Below are positions 10,491 to 19,904 of a stretch of DNA of 64,000 nucleotides, piece by piece (position 1 is the stretch's first letter; the number at the start of each line of letters is the position of its first letter). Where the stretch lies: contig OZ242186.1 of the NCBI GenBank assembly GCA_965205675.1, forward strand, positions 1,536,001 through 1,600,000, in the 5' to 3' direction. This stretch comes from Nitrosopumilus sp. Its GTDB lineage: Archaea > Thermoproteota > Nitrososphaeria > Nitrososphaerales > Nitrosopumilaceae. Position numbers and translations under genes: made by a program. The notes below the pieces were generated by a model. That model saw only the letters and a list, made by a program, of their open reading frames with translations. It did not search any database and was not told the DNA's origin.

Positions 10491-11677
10491 TTAGAACAAT
10501 TTTACAACATTGCATAAATTCATTCACAGCAAGATCCAGAGCTAAGAACAATAACTCCATTTCATGTTAACACACAAGCAACTCTCAAAAAAGCCAAGAT
10601 CATTTCTCTCTTTTACTGGAGTGACCAAGCAGCACTTTGATGTGATTCTAAGAGACGTCAGAAAGAATCATCGTATCACAGAACAAAAGAGACGGTCTCA
10701 AAGACAGAGAAAAAGAGACATCGGAGCTGTGGGAGAAAGTTTGGTTTGAGTCTTGAAGACTAGCTTGTAATGTTGCTTGTTTACTATCGACTATACCTGA
10801 CATGTGAGTTGACAGAGTATTTGTTTGGATTGGACCCAGGGCAACGTCTACAGAAACATCAAATTTAGAGCCTGCAGTAAGAAAGTCAATTCCGATTCCT
10901 GCAAAACTATACTCTGATTCTAAAAAAATAAATGATGTACCGCAACTCCAACTGTTCTTTCCTAGATTAATTGCAATGACTGATGGTACAGAACAGTCAA
11001 TCCCAAGACCCCAGAACAAAAAGAAAAGATCCACTATTCAGGCAAAAAGAAAAAACATACGGTAAAAAACCAAACACCGTAAACCAGAAAGGTGAGATAA
11101 TCCAAATCTCCACATTTTCCAGATAACATGATTATGCGATACTAGACGTCTTGCGTAATTATTTCTAGGCGTGAATTTTGCTGCAGGATTTTTCAAATTG
11201 GTTGAGAAATTTGAATTTTCAGGTATGAATTCTGTTAAAATACAAAATTTGAGAAAAAATCTCTATAATTACGCAAGAGGTCTACTGAAAATCAGACATC
11301 CAGAATTGCCCGAAAATGTAATGATATTTTATGACCTTGGATATTTGGGAGTGGAAAAAGACTTTCCAAAGCATACAAGTATTCTACCATACAAGAAAAA
11401 GAAAGGAAAAAAACTGACCATCACTCAAAAAGAATGGAATAAACTGCAATCCAGAATCAGAATTAAAGTGGAGCACATCATCTCTTAAATCAAAATTTCA
11501 GAATTAATTCAGAGACATTCAGGAACAGATTGTATGATGGAATAAGTGATCATATGTGGAATTGTCAACTTAGACAAGGCAGAAACAAGAGGTTGTTGTG
11601 ATTCTATAATGTCAGAAATTATTTGAAATTAAATTCGATGAAAGAAGAGGTTTTGTCTGCAATTACGCAAGAGGTCT
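10476..11677 (+). mobile_element. IS5-family copy B, degenerate, containing a nested MITE
   Basis: Decayed left TIR GAACCCCCTGTATAATTAGA, intact right TIR ...ATTACGCAAGAGGTCT, multiply frameshifted transposase. Confidence 0.88.
11144..11283. mobile_element. 140-bp MITE with IS5-type TIRs
   Basis: AGACGTCTTGCGTAATTA...TAATTACGCAAGAGGTCT flanked by an ACT duplication; interior unrelated to the transposase. Confidence 0.88.
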
Positions 11678-11693
11678 AATAAAAAAAGAAAAT

Positions 11694-13076
11694 CTATTCG
11701 ACAAGAACGCTTCCAATCATCCATGGATGTAATTGGCAATAGTAATCATATTCTCCAGGTGTTTTGAAAGTATGTTCGAATATTGCACCACCAGACATAA
11801 AGTCACTATCAAATCCATTTCCACCAGGATAGTTAAGACCTATTGTTTCAGAATCAGGCCAACCTGCAGTTACAGTGTGAGGGATTGAACCATCAGAATT
11901 AATCCATGTCACAGTTGTTCCTGTATGAATTGTCAGACGTACTGGCGTATAGCATACATCATTTGTTTCACACCCTGGAACTCCTGCACCTATAGGCATA
12001 TCCACAGTATTTGGAGACAATTCTTTTACCACTACATCATCTACAGATACTAATGCGGCCATGGCAGACTCTTCTTCAATCACTTTATGAATTTCTTCCA
12101 AGACATGACTTGCTGAATCATTACCTGATTCATAGAGGTTAAGTTGAATACCAATAACGTCAATAAGATCAGATGTGATGTAGAGGTCAACAAAACCATT
12201 ATGTGCTTTTGTGATTCTATCTAGTGCTTCATCAGCTGAGATTTTATCCAACTCAAATTTGTGGATAATCTCATCTAGTGCACCTTGGTATTCAGGGTTT
12301 ACATTTTGTGGTTCAGCTGTCAAGTGAATTGCTTCAACTGCTTGAGCTCCTGATAGTTTACCCGAATCAATCAATGCAATCTTTCCTTCTACTGCCTCAA
12401 TTATGTCTGAGGTAATGTAGAGGTCAACAAAACCATTATGTGCTTTTGTGATTCTATCTAGTGCTTCATCAGCTGAGATTTTATCCAACTCAAATTTGTG
12501 GATAATCTCATCTAGTGCACCTTGGTATTCAGGGTTTACATTTTGTGGTTCAGCTGTCAAGTGAATTGCTTCAACTGCTTGAGCTCCTGATAGTTTACCC
12601 GAATCAATCAATGCAATCTTTCCTTCTACTGCCTCAATTATGTCTGAGGTAATGTAGAGGTCAACAAAACCATTATGTGCTTTTGTGATTCTATCTAGTG
12701 CTTCATCAGCTGAGATTTTATCCAACTCAAATTTGTGGATAATCTCATCTAGTTGTGCAGAGAATTCTTGATCAGCACTATGTGTAGAAGGTACAATTTT
12801 ACTTGCATCATTAGAATCAACACGATCATTAGAATAATCATCCATAGAGACACGGGAAGGACTAACAAAAGAGTTAAACCAATTTGCCTGATATGCTTCT
12901 TTTTTACCCGGATAATCAGAACACAACACCAATCCACAGATGTCAGTACTAGAGCCATATTGAGAAATCCTAGTTCCTTTGCTTTTTAGGGCATCAGCAC
13001 TTGAAAGAAAACTAGTTCCCAATACGCCAACAACTATGATCGACATCATGAATATTACCAGACTTGTGTTTGTCAT
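11694..13076 (-). CDS. Secreted cupredoxin (plastocyanin/azurin-like C-terminus) with tandem 79-aa helical repeats
   Basis: Signal peptide; type-1 Cu ligands PHTVT...YYCQLHPWM; 2.4 repeats of LDEIIHKFELDKISADEAL... Confidence 0.88.
   Translation of the reverse strand: MTNTSLVIFMMSIIVVGVLGTSFLSSADALKSKGTRISQYGSSTDICGLVLCSDYPGKKEAYQANWFNSFVSPSRVSMDDYSNDRVDSNDASKIVPSTHSADQEFSAQLDEIIHKFELDKISADEALDRITKAHNGFVDLYITSDIIEAVEGKIALIDSGKLSGAQAVEAIHLTAEPQNVNPEYQGALDEIIHKFELDKISADEALDRITKAHNGFVDLYITSDIIEAVEGKIALIDSGKLSGAQAVEAIHLTAEPQNVNPEYQGALDEIIHKFELDKISADEALDRITKAHNGFVDLYITSDLIDVIGIQLNLYESGNDSASHVLEEIHKVIEEESAMAALVSVDDVVVKELSPNTVDMPIGAGVPGCETNDVCYTPVRLTIHTGTTVTWINSDGSIPHTVTAGWPDSETIGLNYPGGNGFDSDFMSGGAIFEHTFKTPGEYDYYCQLHPWMIGSVLVE
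12178..12753 (-). repeat. About 2.4 x 237-bp intragenic tandem repeat
   Basis: TAGAGGTCAACAAAACC at 12181, 12418 and 12655. Confidence 0.95.
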
Positions 13077-13127
13077 CAGAATTTTTTGGATAAGATTTCC
13101 ATTTAAAGTATTGATTGAATCTATAGA

Positions 13128-13151
13128 GTTGTTCTATATTATGAGAACAAC
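13128..13151. promoter_or_regulatory. Palindromic operator GTTGTTCT-N8-AGAACAAC upstream of the cupredoxin TATA (TTTAAA 13102-13107)
   Basis: Perfect 8-bp IR; same core and spacing at the phnD promoter. Confidence 0.55.
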
Positions 13152-13278
13152 ATCAGTTCAAACAAAACAGTAGAAGCAGATTATAATACAAGAGAAAGAA
13201 ATTACAGATCTAGGAAAAATTAAATTATTTTTTAGTTTTCATAATGCTTATAGCCAGTAAAAATTTCAAAAAAACAAG

Positions 13279-13470
13279 ATGAATATTCTAATAATGTTAG
13301 TAGTTGCAATGTTTATCATCACAGGCACATATGTAGGATATCATGCCTCACAGCAAACAGAGGATATCTCAGAAGGACACGATATTGTCATCGAATTGTA
13401 TATGCTAGAGACAGATACAGGAATAGCACAAATTCTTCAAAACATCGAACCTAAAAAATCTATAATATAA
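13279..13470 (+). CDS. Small membrane/secreted hypothetical protein
   Basis: 63 aa with N-terminal hydrophobic helix. Confidence 0.5.
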   Translation: MNILIMLVVAMFIITGTYVGYHASQQTEDISEGHDIVIELYMLETDTGIAQILQNIEPKKSII

Positions 13471-13519
13471 TCAACTGATTTTAGACTTGTATTAAATTAG
13501 GGAGATTTTTCAAAAAATC

Positions 13520-13729
13520 ATGACACTGTCAAATAAAGAAAAAATTATAGCAATAATTGCAAATGGGATAGCCGTTTTTTCATTATTACAAGAAAGAGAA
13601 GAATTGCCAGAAAATACAACAATGTATGATTTTGTACTAAAAGTCATTCCAGATAATATCAAATCAGAACTAAGTGTGGAATTGATAGATGAAGTATTTC
13701 AGTATGTTACATCCGCACATAGTTCATAA
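13520..13729 (+). CDS. Conserved hypothetical protein
   Basis: 69-aa ORF directly upstream of purP. Confidence 0.7.
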   Translation: MTLSNKEKIIAIIANGIAVFSLLQEREELPENTTMYDFVLKVIPDNIKSELSVELIDEVFQYVTSAHSS

Positions 13730-13753
13730 AGTACAAAATACTTGCAAAATTAT

Positions 13754-14779
13754 ATGACATCAGTTGCCACGTTAGGTTCTCACTGCTCACTACAGGTACT
13801 AAAAGGAGCAAAAGATGAGGGTTTGAAAACACTTCTAGTATGTGAAAAAAAACGTGAAAAATTATACAAACGATTTCCCTTTATTGATGAATTAATCATA
13901 GTTGATTCATTCAAAGAAGTGTTAGATCAAAGATGTCAATCAATCCTTGAAGAAAACAAAGCAGTGTTAATCCCACACGGCACACTTGTTGCACAAATGA
14001 GTTCAGAGGAAATTGAATCAATCAAAACACCAGTCTTTGGAAATAAATGGATTCTGAGATGGGAATCAGATAGAGAAATGAAAGAAAAACTAATGAGAGA
14101 AGCAAGACTCCCAATGCCAAAACCAGTTACAAATGCTAAAGATATTGAAAAATTATCAATTGTCAAAAGACAAGGAGCCGCAGGCGGAAAAGGATACTTT
14201 ATGGCAGCAAATGAAGAGGAATATAATTCAAAAAGAACCCAGTTAATTTCTGAAGGAGTCATTTCTAAAGAGGAAACTCTATACATTCAGGAATATGCCG
14301 CAGGGGTTTTAGCCTATTTGACATTTTTTTATTCACCATTAAAAGAAGAGTTAGAATTTTTTGGAGTTGATCAAAGACATGAGTCAGACATAGAAGGATT
14401 GGGAAGAATTCCTGCAGATCAGCAATTAAAATCAAACAAAATTCCATCATTTAACGTAATTGGAAATAGTCCCCTAGTTTTGCGAGAATCACTATTAGAT
14501 GAGGTCTATAAGATGGGAGAAAACTTTGTTGAGGCATCTAAAAGAGTTGTGAAACCAGGAATGAATGGACCATTTTGTATAGAAGGAGTATATGACGAGA
14601 ATGCAAAGTTTACTTCTTTTGAATTTTCAGCAAGAATTGTTGCAGGATCAAATATTTACATGGATGGTTCACCATATTACTCATTATTATTTAATGAAAC
14701 AATGAGTATGGGTAAAAGAATAGCAAGAGAAATTAAAACAGCAACAGAATTGAATCAGATAGATAGAATTACAACATAA
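13754..14779 (+). CDS. purP: AICAR formate ligase (FAICAR synthetase, ATP-grasp)
   Basis: ATLGSHCSLQVLKGAKDEG, GAAGGKGYF, FEFSARIVAG motifs. Confidence 0.92.
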   Translation: MTSVATLGSHCSLQVLKGAKDEGLKTLLVCEKKREKLYKRFPFIDELIIVDSFKEVLDQRCQSILEENKAVLIPHGTLVAQMSSEEIESIKTPVFGNKWILRWESDREMKEKLMREARLPMPKPVTNAKDIEKLSIVKRQGAAGGKGYFMAANEEEYNSKRTQLISEGVISKEETLYIQEYAAGVLAYLTFFYSPLKEELEFFGVDQRHESDIEGLGRIPADQQLKSNKIPSFNVIGNSPLVLRESLLDEVYKMGENFVEASKRVVKPGMNGPFCIEGVYDENAKFTSFEFSARIVAGSNIYMDGSPYYSLLFNETMSMGKRIAREIKTATELNQIDRITT

Positions 14780-14788
14780 GAGTTTATT

Positions 14789-15604
14789 TTATTTTGTAGT
14801 AACTTCCATACCGTGTTGAGATTTTACAATATACTTGTCTCGAATTTTAACACTGACCCAATCAATAATCAGAACAGTAATCAAGACAACAATCATGAAC
14901 ATGGCTGCTTTTCCATATTCAAAGAATTTGATGTATTGAATGATAAAGAATCCAATTCCTCCAGCACCTACAATTCCAATAATACTAGTTTGACGTACAT
15001 TGTAATCAAACATGTAAAGCATTTGTCCAAGAAGATGTGAGGCAGATTCAGGAATTACAACATAACGAATTAATTGGAATTTGGAAACACCAATGGATCT
15101 TACAGCATCCATAGGATCTGAATCAATGGTCTCAATTGATTCGTATTGAAGTTTTGTTACAAATCCAACCGTATACATGATAATTGCCAAGATACCTGCA
15201 AAAGGGCCTAAACCGACCATAATCACAAACAAAAGAGCCCACAAAATAGAAGGAAAAGTACGCACAGCTGCCAATAATGCTCTAATTGGAGCATAAACTA
15301 ATTTGTTGTTCAGATTACGTGCAGCAAGCATGCTAAATGGCAATGCAATGACAACACCAATTACAGTTCCAATAAATGCCATCTGCAATGTCTCAAGCAT
15401 AGCCCAAAAAGCAGTTGGAATATATTTTAGATTATCAATAATATTTTCTAAAACAAGAATTTCTTCCAAGACAACAATAAGATTAGGAATACCTTCAGCA
15501 AAATCCAAAGGATTTGCATCTACATTATAGGATGTAATTACAACTAGTGCGACAATAATACCAATTATGATATTATTCTTTGGTGTCATTAGCATACCTC
15601 TCAA
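14789..15604 (-). CDS. phnE: Phosphonate/phosphite/phosphate ABC transporter permease
   Basis: ETLQMAFIGT, RTFPSILWALLFV, YNVRQTSIIGIVGAGGIG. Confidence 0.9.
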   Translation of the reverse strand: MRGMLMTPKNNIIIGIIVALVVITSYNVDANPLDFAEGIPNLIVVLEEILVLENIIDNLKYIPTAFWAMLETLQMAFIGTVIGVVIALPFSMLAARNLNNKLVYAPIRALLAAVRTFPSILWALLFVIMVGLGPFAGILAIIMYTVGFVTKLQYESIETIDSDPMDAVRSIGVSKFQLIRYVVIPESASHLLGQMLYMFDYNVRQTSIIGIVGAGGIGFFIIQYIKFFEYGKAAMFMIVVLITVLIIDWVSVKIRDKYIVKSQHGMEVTTK

Positions 15605-16409
15605 TTATTTCATCAGCGTTAAGATCACCTGTTTGAAAATCTACTATGGTATCGCCTTCGACTCCAATCTCTAAAATTTTGTGACCTTCTTTAATTACAG
15701 CAACTCTGTTTGCATATTCTAATGCCAATTGCATATCATGATGCACCATAATTGCAGTGAGATTCATTCTTTTTTGAGCATCTGCAATTAAATTCATTAT
15801 TTCATGAGCAGTGACATGATCTAATTCTGAAACAATTTCATCAGCTAGTAATATTGTAGGCTTTTGCATTAATGCCCTAGCAATTGCAACCCTACGTTTT
15901 TCACCACCACTTAGCATATGGGTTTTTCTATCTTCTTTACCAGATAATCCAACAAGAGAAATCATTCTTTTAGCTTCTTGAATTTCATTTTCAGGGAATT
16001 TCTTAAACAGAGACTGTATTTTACTCAATCTAGGTAATGCACCCATCATAATATTTTCAAGAACATTGATATTTTTTACCAAACCAAGACTTTGTGGAAT
16101 ATAGCCAATGGTGTGCATCATTTTTTTAAATTTCTTATCATGCATGTTAGGTGTAACATAATCAATTTTGACAGTACCTTTACTTGGAATCATCATGCTG
16201 TTCATCAATTTTAATAGAGTGGATTTACCTGAACCAGATTGACCCACTATAGCATAGTTAGTGCCTCGGTCAATAGAGAGATTTATTTCCTCTAATGCAA
16301 AATTTTTAGAATCATAAGATGTCCATACATCACTCATTTGAATAATTTTATGTGTTGAAATTAATGAAAAAGGAAGGTTTTTGGTCATCTGAACTTGTTT
16401 TATATTCAA
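15573..16409 (-). CDS. phnC: ABC transporter ATP-binding subunit (start uncertain)
   Basis: GQSGSGKST, LSGGEKRRVAIARAL, LADE. Confidence 0.9.
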   Translation of the reverse strand: MNIKQVQMTKNLPFSLISTHKIIQMSDVWTSYDSKNFALEEINLSIDRGTNYAIVGQSGSGKSTLLKLMNSMMIPSKGTVKIDYVTPNMHDKKFKKMMHTIGYIPQSLGLVKNINVLENIMMGALPRLSKIQSLFKKFPENEIQEAKRMISLVGLSGKEDRKTHMLSGGEKRRVAIARALMQKPTILLADEIVSELDHVTAHEIMNLIADAQKRMNLTAIMVHHDMQLALEYANRVAVIKEGHKILEIGVEGDTIVDFQTGDLNADEIIERYANDTKE

Positions 16410-16420
16410 AATCCCGGGTT

Positions 16421-17509
16421 TTATTTGCTCTTGTCATATTTGTCAAGAATCTTTTGATCAATACCAGTTAAGGCATCAATGAATGTTCCAAATTCCCCTA
16501 TATGCATAGTAGTAGTTGTTGGGACTAGAGCTTCTGCACCGTACAAATCTTTCAAAATTTGATTGTGTTCATCATAATTCAATTCTACTAGTGCGTCAAC
16601 AAGGGCATTCTGAGTAGAGTCGGACATGTCAGAGCTTACCATAAACACGTGTGACGGAACAGGTCCAATGGTAGTAACTGGACGAAGTTTTACTTGATCT
16701 TCTAATTCAAGATATTTTTGTGGAGCAATATCTGAACCAAATGCAACATCTACTTTACCATCAAGAAGTAATTGTAATGCAGCTTTGTAGCCTCCAGCAA
16801 AAGTATAACTCTCAAAGTTATTTGCTAATGCATATTCCAAAGCAACAATATCATCACCTTCAATGTTTACATGACCATCAGTAACCAAAGTCCCCATAGG
16901 ACGGACAAAACCAGATGAGCCAGTAATACTAGTAAATGCTACTTTCTTCCCAACTGTGTCTTCCAATGAATTTATAGAATCATTGTCAGTTAATGCCCAG
17001 ACAGTTGCTTGATAGTTTACTTTACCTGCAACAAGTTCTGCCATTACAGCTTCTGCACCAGTTCTTTGATGAGCAATCCATGCAGGGCCAGTATCCATAA
17101 AGGCAGCATCAATGTGACCGAATCTCATTCCTTCGATAATAGTCTCATAATTTGTTGGAACAACAATTTCAACATCTATACCAAGTTCATTTTCAAGAAA
17201 TGTTTCCAATGCTTGAGCTTTGGGAGTTAATTCATCAGCTTTTTCAACTGGAATAAACCCAATAGTGAGAATATCTACATCCACAGTGTTTGATTTAGAT
17301 GAAACATCAATGACGCCATTTTCTATAAGGAATGTAATTCCATTTAGAAAAGTTTCATCATCTAAATCACCAGCAGCCCACCATCCGGCATTAGTTTTAA
17401 TCCAATCAGGAATTATACTCGCTGCTTGAGCACTTTGAGATAATGGTACAGACAAAGCACCAGCTACTGCAAAGGCAATAATTAGTGCCAAAGTTATTTG
17501 TCGTTTCAT
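16421..17509 (-). CDS. phnD: PhnD/PtxB-type substrate-binding protein with thaumarchaeal IPDWIKTNAGWW domain
   Basis: Signal peptide; TIGFIP, NYETIIEGMRFGHIDAAF, SITGSSGFVRP. Confidence 0.88.
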   Translation of the reverse strand: MKRQITLALIIAFAVAGALSVPLSQSAQAASIIPDWIKTNAGWWAAGDLDDETFLNGITFLIENGVIDVSSKSNTVDVDILTIGFIPVEKADELTPKAQALETFLENELGIDVEIVVPTNYETIIEGMRFGHIDAAFMDTGPAWIAHQRTGAEAVMAELVAGKVNYQATVWALTDNDSINSLEDTVGKKVAFTSITGSSGFVRPMGTLVTDGHVNIEGDDIVALEYALANNFESYTFAGGYKAALQLLLDGKVDVAFGSDIAPQKYLELEDQVKLRPVTTIGPVPSHVFMVSSDMSDSTQNALVDALVELNYDEHNQILKDLYGAEALVPTTTTMHIGEFGTFIDALTGIDQKILDKYDKSK

Positions 17510-17567
17510 GATTTACAAGAAATTAGGATAAACTAAATTATTTAAATCAGTGCCTCATTACAAACTA

Positions 17568-17589
17568 TTATTCTAAACATATAGAATAA
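17568..17589. promoter_or_regulatory. Palindrome TTATTCT-N8-AGAATAA upstream of the phnD TATA (TTTAAA 17541-17546)
   Basis: Perfect 7-bp IR; AGAA half-site 37 bp from the TATA, as at the cupredoxin promoter. Confidence 0.55.
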
Positions 17590-17858
17590 AAAAAGATTAA
17601 GCGAGGTTAAATTTAGATTATCTCGATAGTTTATTCATTAATATCAAGAATTCTTTTTTCATGACAATGTTCACATACTAACCATTCAGGTTGATAATCA
17701 CTTTTCTTTTTACCTTTGTAAATAATTCTGTGATCAGATCCGCAGAATTCATTGTATTTGTTCATAAATAATTTAAAAAAATAAATTTTTGCATATAATG
17801 AATATAGGAAATGTATCAAAAATGAAAAATAATCTGAAATGCAATTATTTTGTATTAA

Positions 17859-18221
17859 TTAACATTTAGCAGATTTGGGATTTATTGTGTTTGAATAAAG
17901 ATTCAAACTAGGTTCCAAGTCATCTAAAGTGATTTCAGCTTTGCTAATTCTACTTCGGTACAATTTGATTTTTTTTCCTTCTGAAGAAATCACATATTTA
18001 TCAACTTCAGCCAAAGCTAAATCTTCTAAAGTAGACAAGGTTTTATAAACAGTAGAAAGGGAGATTTTTAATTCATCAGCGATTTGTGTTGCATCTTTTG
18101 ATTGGTTTTTCACTGAAAAAAGAACAGATCTAGTACAAACATTACTAAGAGATTCAATAATTTTTTGAGCGATATCAAACTCAGATAATTGTATGATAGT
18201 AGGTTTTTGCATCAATATCAC
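17859..18221 (-). CDS. ArsR-like winged-helix regulator
   Basis: ATQIADELKISLSTVYKTLSTLEDLAL HTH; paralog of the upstream gene. Confidence 0.85.
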   Translation of the reverse strand: MILMQKPTIIQLSEFDIAQKIIESLSNVCTRSVLFSVKNQSKDATQIADELKISLSTVYKTLSTLEDLALAEVDKYVISSEGKKIKLYRSRISKAEITLDDLEPSLNLYSNTINPKSAKC

Positions 18222-18551
18222 TTAGTTTGGAATTAATGTAAGAGTAGGTTCTGGTTTTTTAATAGAAATATCAGCTTTGCTAATTCTACTTCGATAGACT
18301 TTGTATTTTCTCCCCTTCTCAGATAAAAGCAGGTTTTCAACTTCAATCAGAGTTAATTCTTCAAGATCTGCTAATTTTTTATACACAGAGCTAAGAGGGA
18401 TTTTTAATTTGTCAGATAGTTCTGTTGCAGTATTGCCCTTTTTAATAATAGAAAATACTATAGATCTAGATTCAGAATCAGCTAATGCTTTGATTATTTT
18501 TTGAGCGATGTCATATTTTTTTAATTGCGGTAATGTTAATTTTCGAGGCAT
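18222..18551 (-). CDS. ArsR-like winged-helix regulator
   Basis: ATELSDKLKIPLSSVYKKLADLEELTL HTH; GRKYKVYRS wing. Confidence 0.87.
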   Translation of the reverse strand: MPRKLTLPQLKKYDIAQKIIKALADSESRSIVFSIIKKGNTATELSDKLKIPLSSVYKKLADLEELTLIEVENLLLSEKGRKYKVYRSRISKADISIKKPEPTLTLIPN

Positions 18552-18622
18552 GTAAATTTAGAAAATATTGTAGGCATATTTAAATGAGATGCAACTATTC
18601 TCATTCTAGATAATCAGAACAA

Positions 18623-19345
18623 CTAAGTATATTGAACTGGTTTTTTAGTAGGATCCAAACGATTCCAAAATAACCCAAGAATCAATCCTACAGAAATCCA
18701 AAAAGAAGAAAGGCCCAAAATAGACATTAAACGAAATTCAGTTACAAGATTCATTGGAGCAGTTACTTCATCAGGATTATCAGGCATCAAGAAGAAAATA
18801 GTGGAAACAAAAATACCATATCCAACTAAAGAAATGAATTTTTTATTAAGTTTTTTAGACAACTTGTAAAAAGCAAGAGCACCAAATCCAGATAGTCCAA
18901 TAAAAGACAGATAAAGAAGTGTTCTTAAGACAATAGTTTCACCATCACCTACAGTGGGAGGATTCGCAGGATATTTGAGAAAAGGTATAAAGTATAACGT
19001 AAACCACATCATTCCAGCTAGTAAGATAGATTTTTGCACATCATTACTTCCAGGCAAAGAGTTTCGAGATAAAGCATAAACAATACCAAACAAAGCACCC
19101 ATAGACATTCCCAGAACAATGCCGGCATAGATTAATCCACTTTTCTGCCACATTCTATAAGCATTATATTCTGCCCAAAATTGAGGAGTATTTTCAGCCT
19201 CACCAGAATCAAATAAATTCTGATTTTCAATTCCTATTGCTTGATCAAGATAAGGTTCTATAATTACAAAATTCACAGTTCCAAGAACTAGTCCTGCTAG
19301 TGCACCAGAGACTAGTACAATAGTTATGAAAATAATAGTTTTCAT
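18623..19345 (-). CDS. cbtA: CbtA family putative cobalt transporter subunit
   Basis: Multi-TM protein with PFLKYPANPPTVG motif; adjacent to cbtB. Confidence 0.88.
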   Translation of the reverse strand: MKTIIFITIVLVSGALAGLVLGTVNFVIIEPYLDQAIGIENQNLFDSGEAENTPQFWAEYNAYRMWQKSGLIYAGIVLGMSMGALFGIVYALSRNSLPGSNDVQKSILLAGMMWFTLYFIPFLKYPANPPTVGDGETIVLRTLLYLSFIGLSGFGALAFYKLSKKLNKKFISLVGYGIFVSTIFFLMPDNPDEVTAPMNLVTEFRLMSILGLSSFWISVGLILGLFWNRLDPTKKPVQYT

Positions 19346-19355
19346 TTCTCATCAC

Positions 19356-19583
19356 TTAATGACAAGGAAAGCCTGCTGCATGTCTCATATCATGAGTAAG
19401 CTCATGAATTATAAGAGGATCAATTCCCCCAGAAGAGCTATCTTCAGCAAACACAAAATTTACAATTTGTCCGTTATCAAATGCAACAACAAACAATCCT
19501 ACAACAAACACAACTGCCAAAACAAGAATTGCTAGTTTTGGAACATCGGATTTGGATACTGGGATTTGTCGGGATTCAGACAT
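19356..19583 (-). CDS. cbtB: CbtB family putative cobalt transporter subunit
   Basis: One TM plus C-terminal HELTHDMRHAAGFPCH. Confidence 0.9.
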   Translation of the reverse strand: MSESRQIPVSKSDVPKLAILVLAVVFVVGLFVVAFDNGQIVNFVFAEDSSSGGIDPLIIHELTHDMRHAAGFPCH

Positions 19584-19626
19584 GAAAAACAAGGTTCTCT
19601 GAATATATTTAAGCTCTTGGATGATG

Positions 19627-19727
19627 AACTTTGTTTCCTAATTATACAATCTAGGCTCAAAGTATCATTGAAGAAGACTTGGATCATAAATTTTCAGGCT
19701 CAAATAGTGTAATTGGGAAACAAAGTT
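19627..19727. mobile_element. 101-bp MITE in the cbtB promoter region
   Basis: 18-bp IR AACTTTGTTTCCTAATTA / TAATTGGGAAACAAAGTT (1 mismatch); 8-bp direct repeat GGATGATG on both flanks. Confidence 0.85.
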
Positions 19728-19904
19728 GGATGATGGCGTTGTTTATAAATAAATCAGGAATTGTTAATGAAGTTTGTTAGTACAGATCCTGCAGGGAAGG
19801 TCTTTTTGATAGAATTTATCTAGCCAACACACTATTTCAACTACTAACAATTAGACAGCATCACTAAAGTAAGCCACAAATATAGCAAATTCGGGTAATA
19901 ATCC

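Noticed and set aside
17631-17819. Short ORF with CEHC motif upstream of phnD
   Set aside because: Only one intact CxxC and a doubtful start; at best a zinc-finger remnant
19740-19900. Cobalamin riboswitch upstream of cbtBA (CTGCAGGGAAGG looks like part of a B12 box)
   Set aside because: Wrong strand for cbtB, other conserved elements are missing, and cbtB appears leaderless with a TATA about 25 bp upstream
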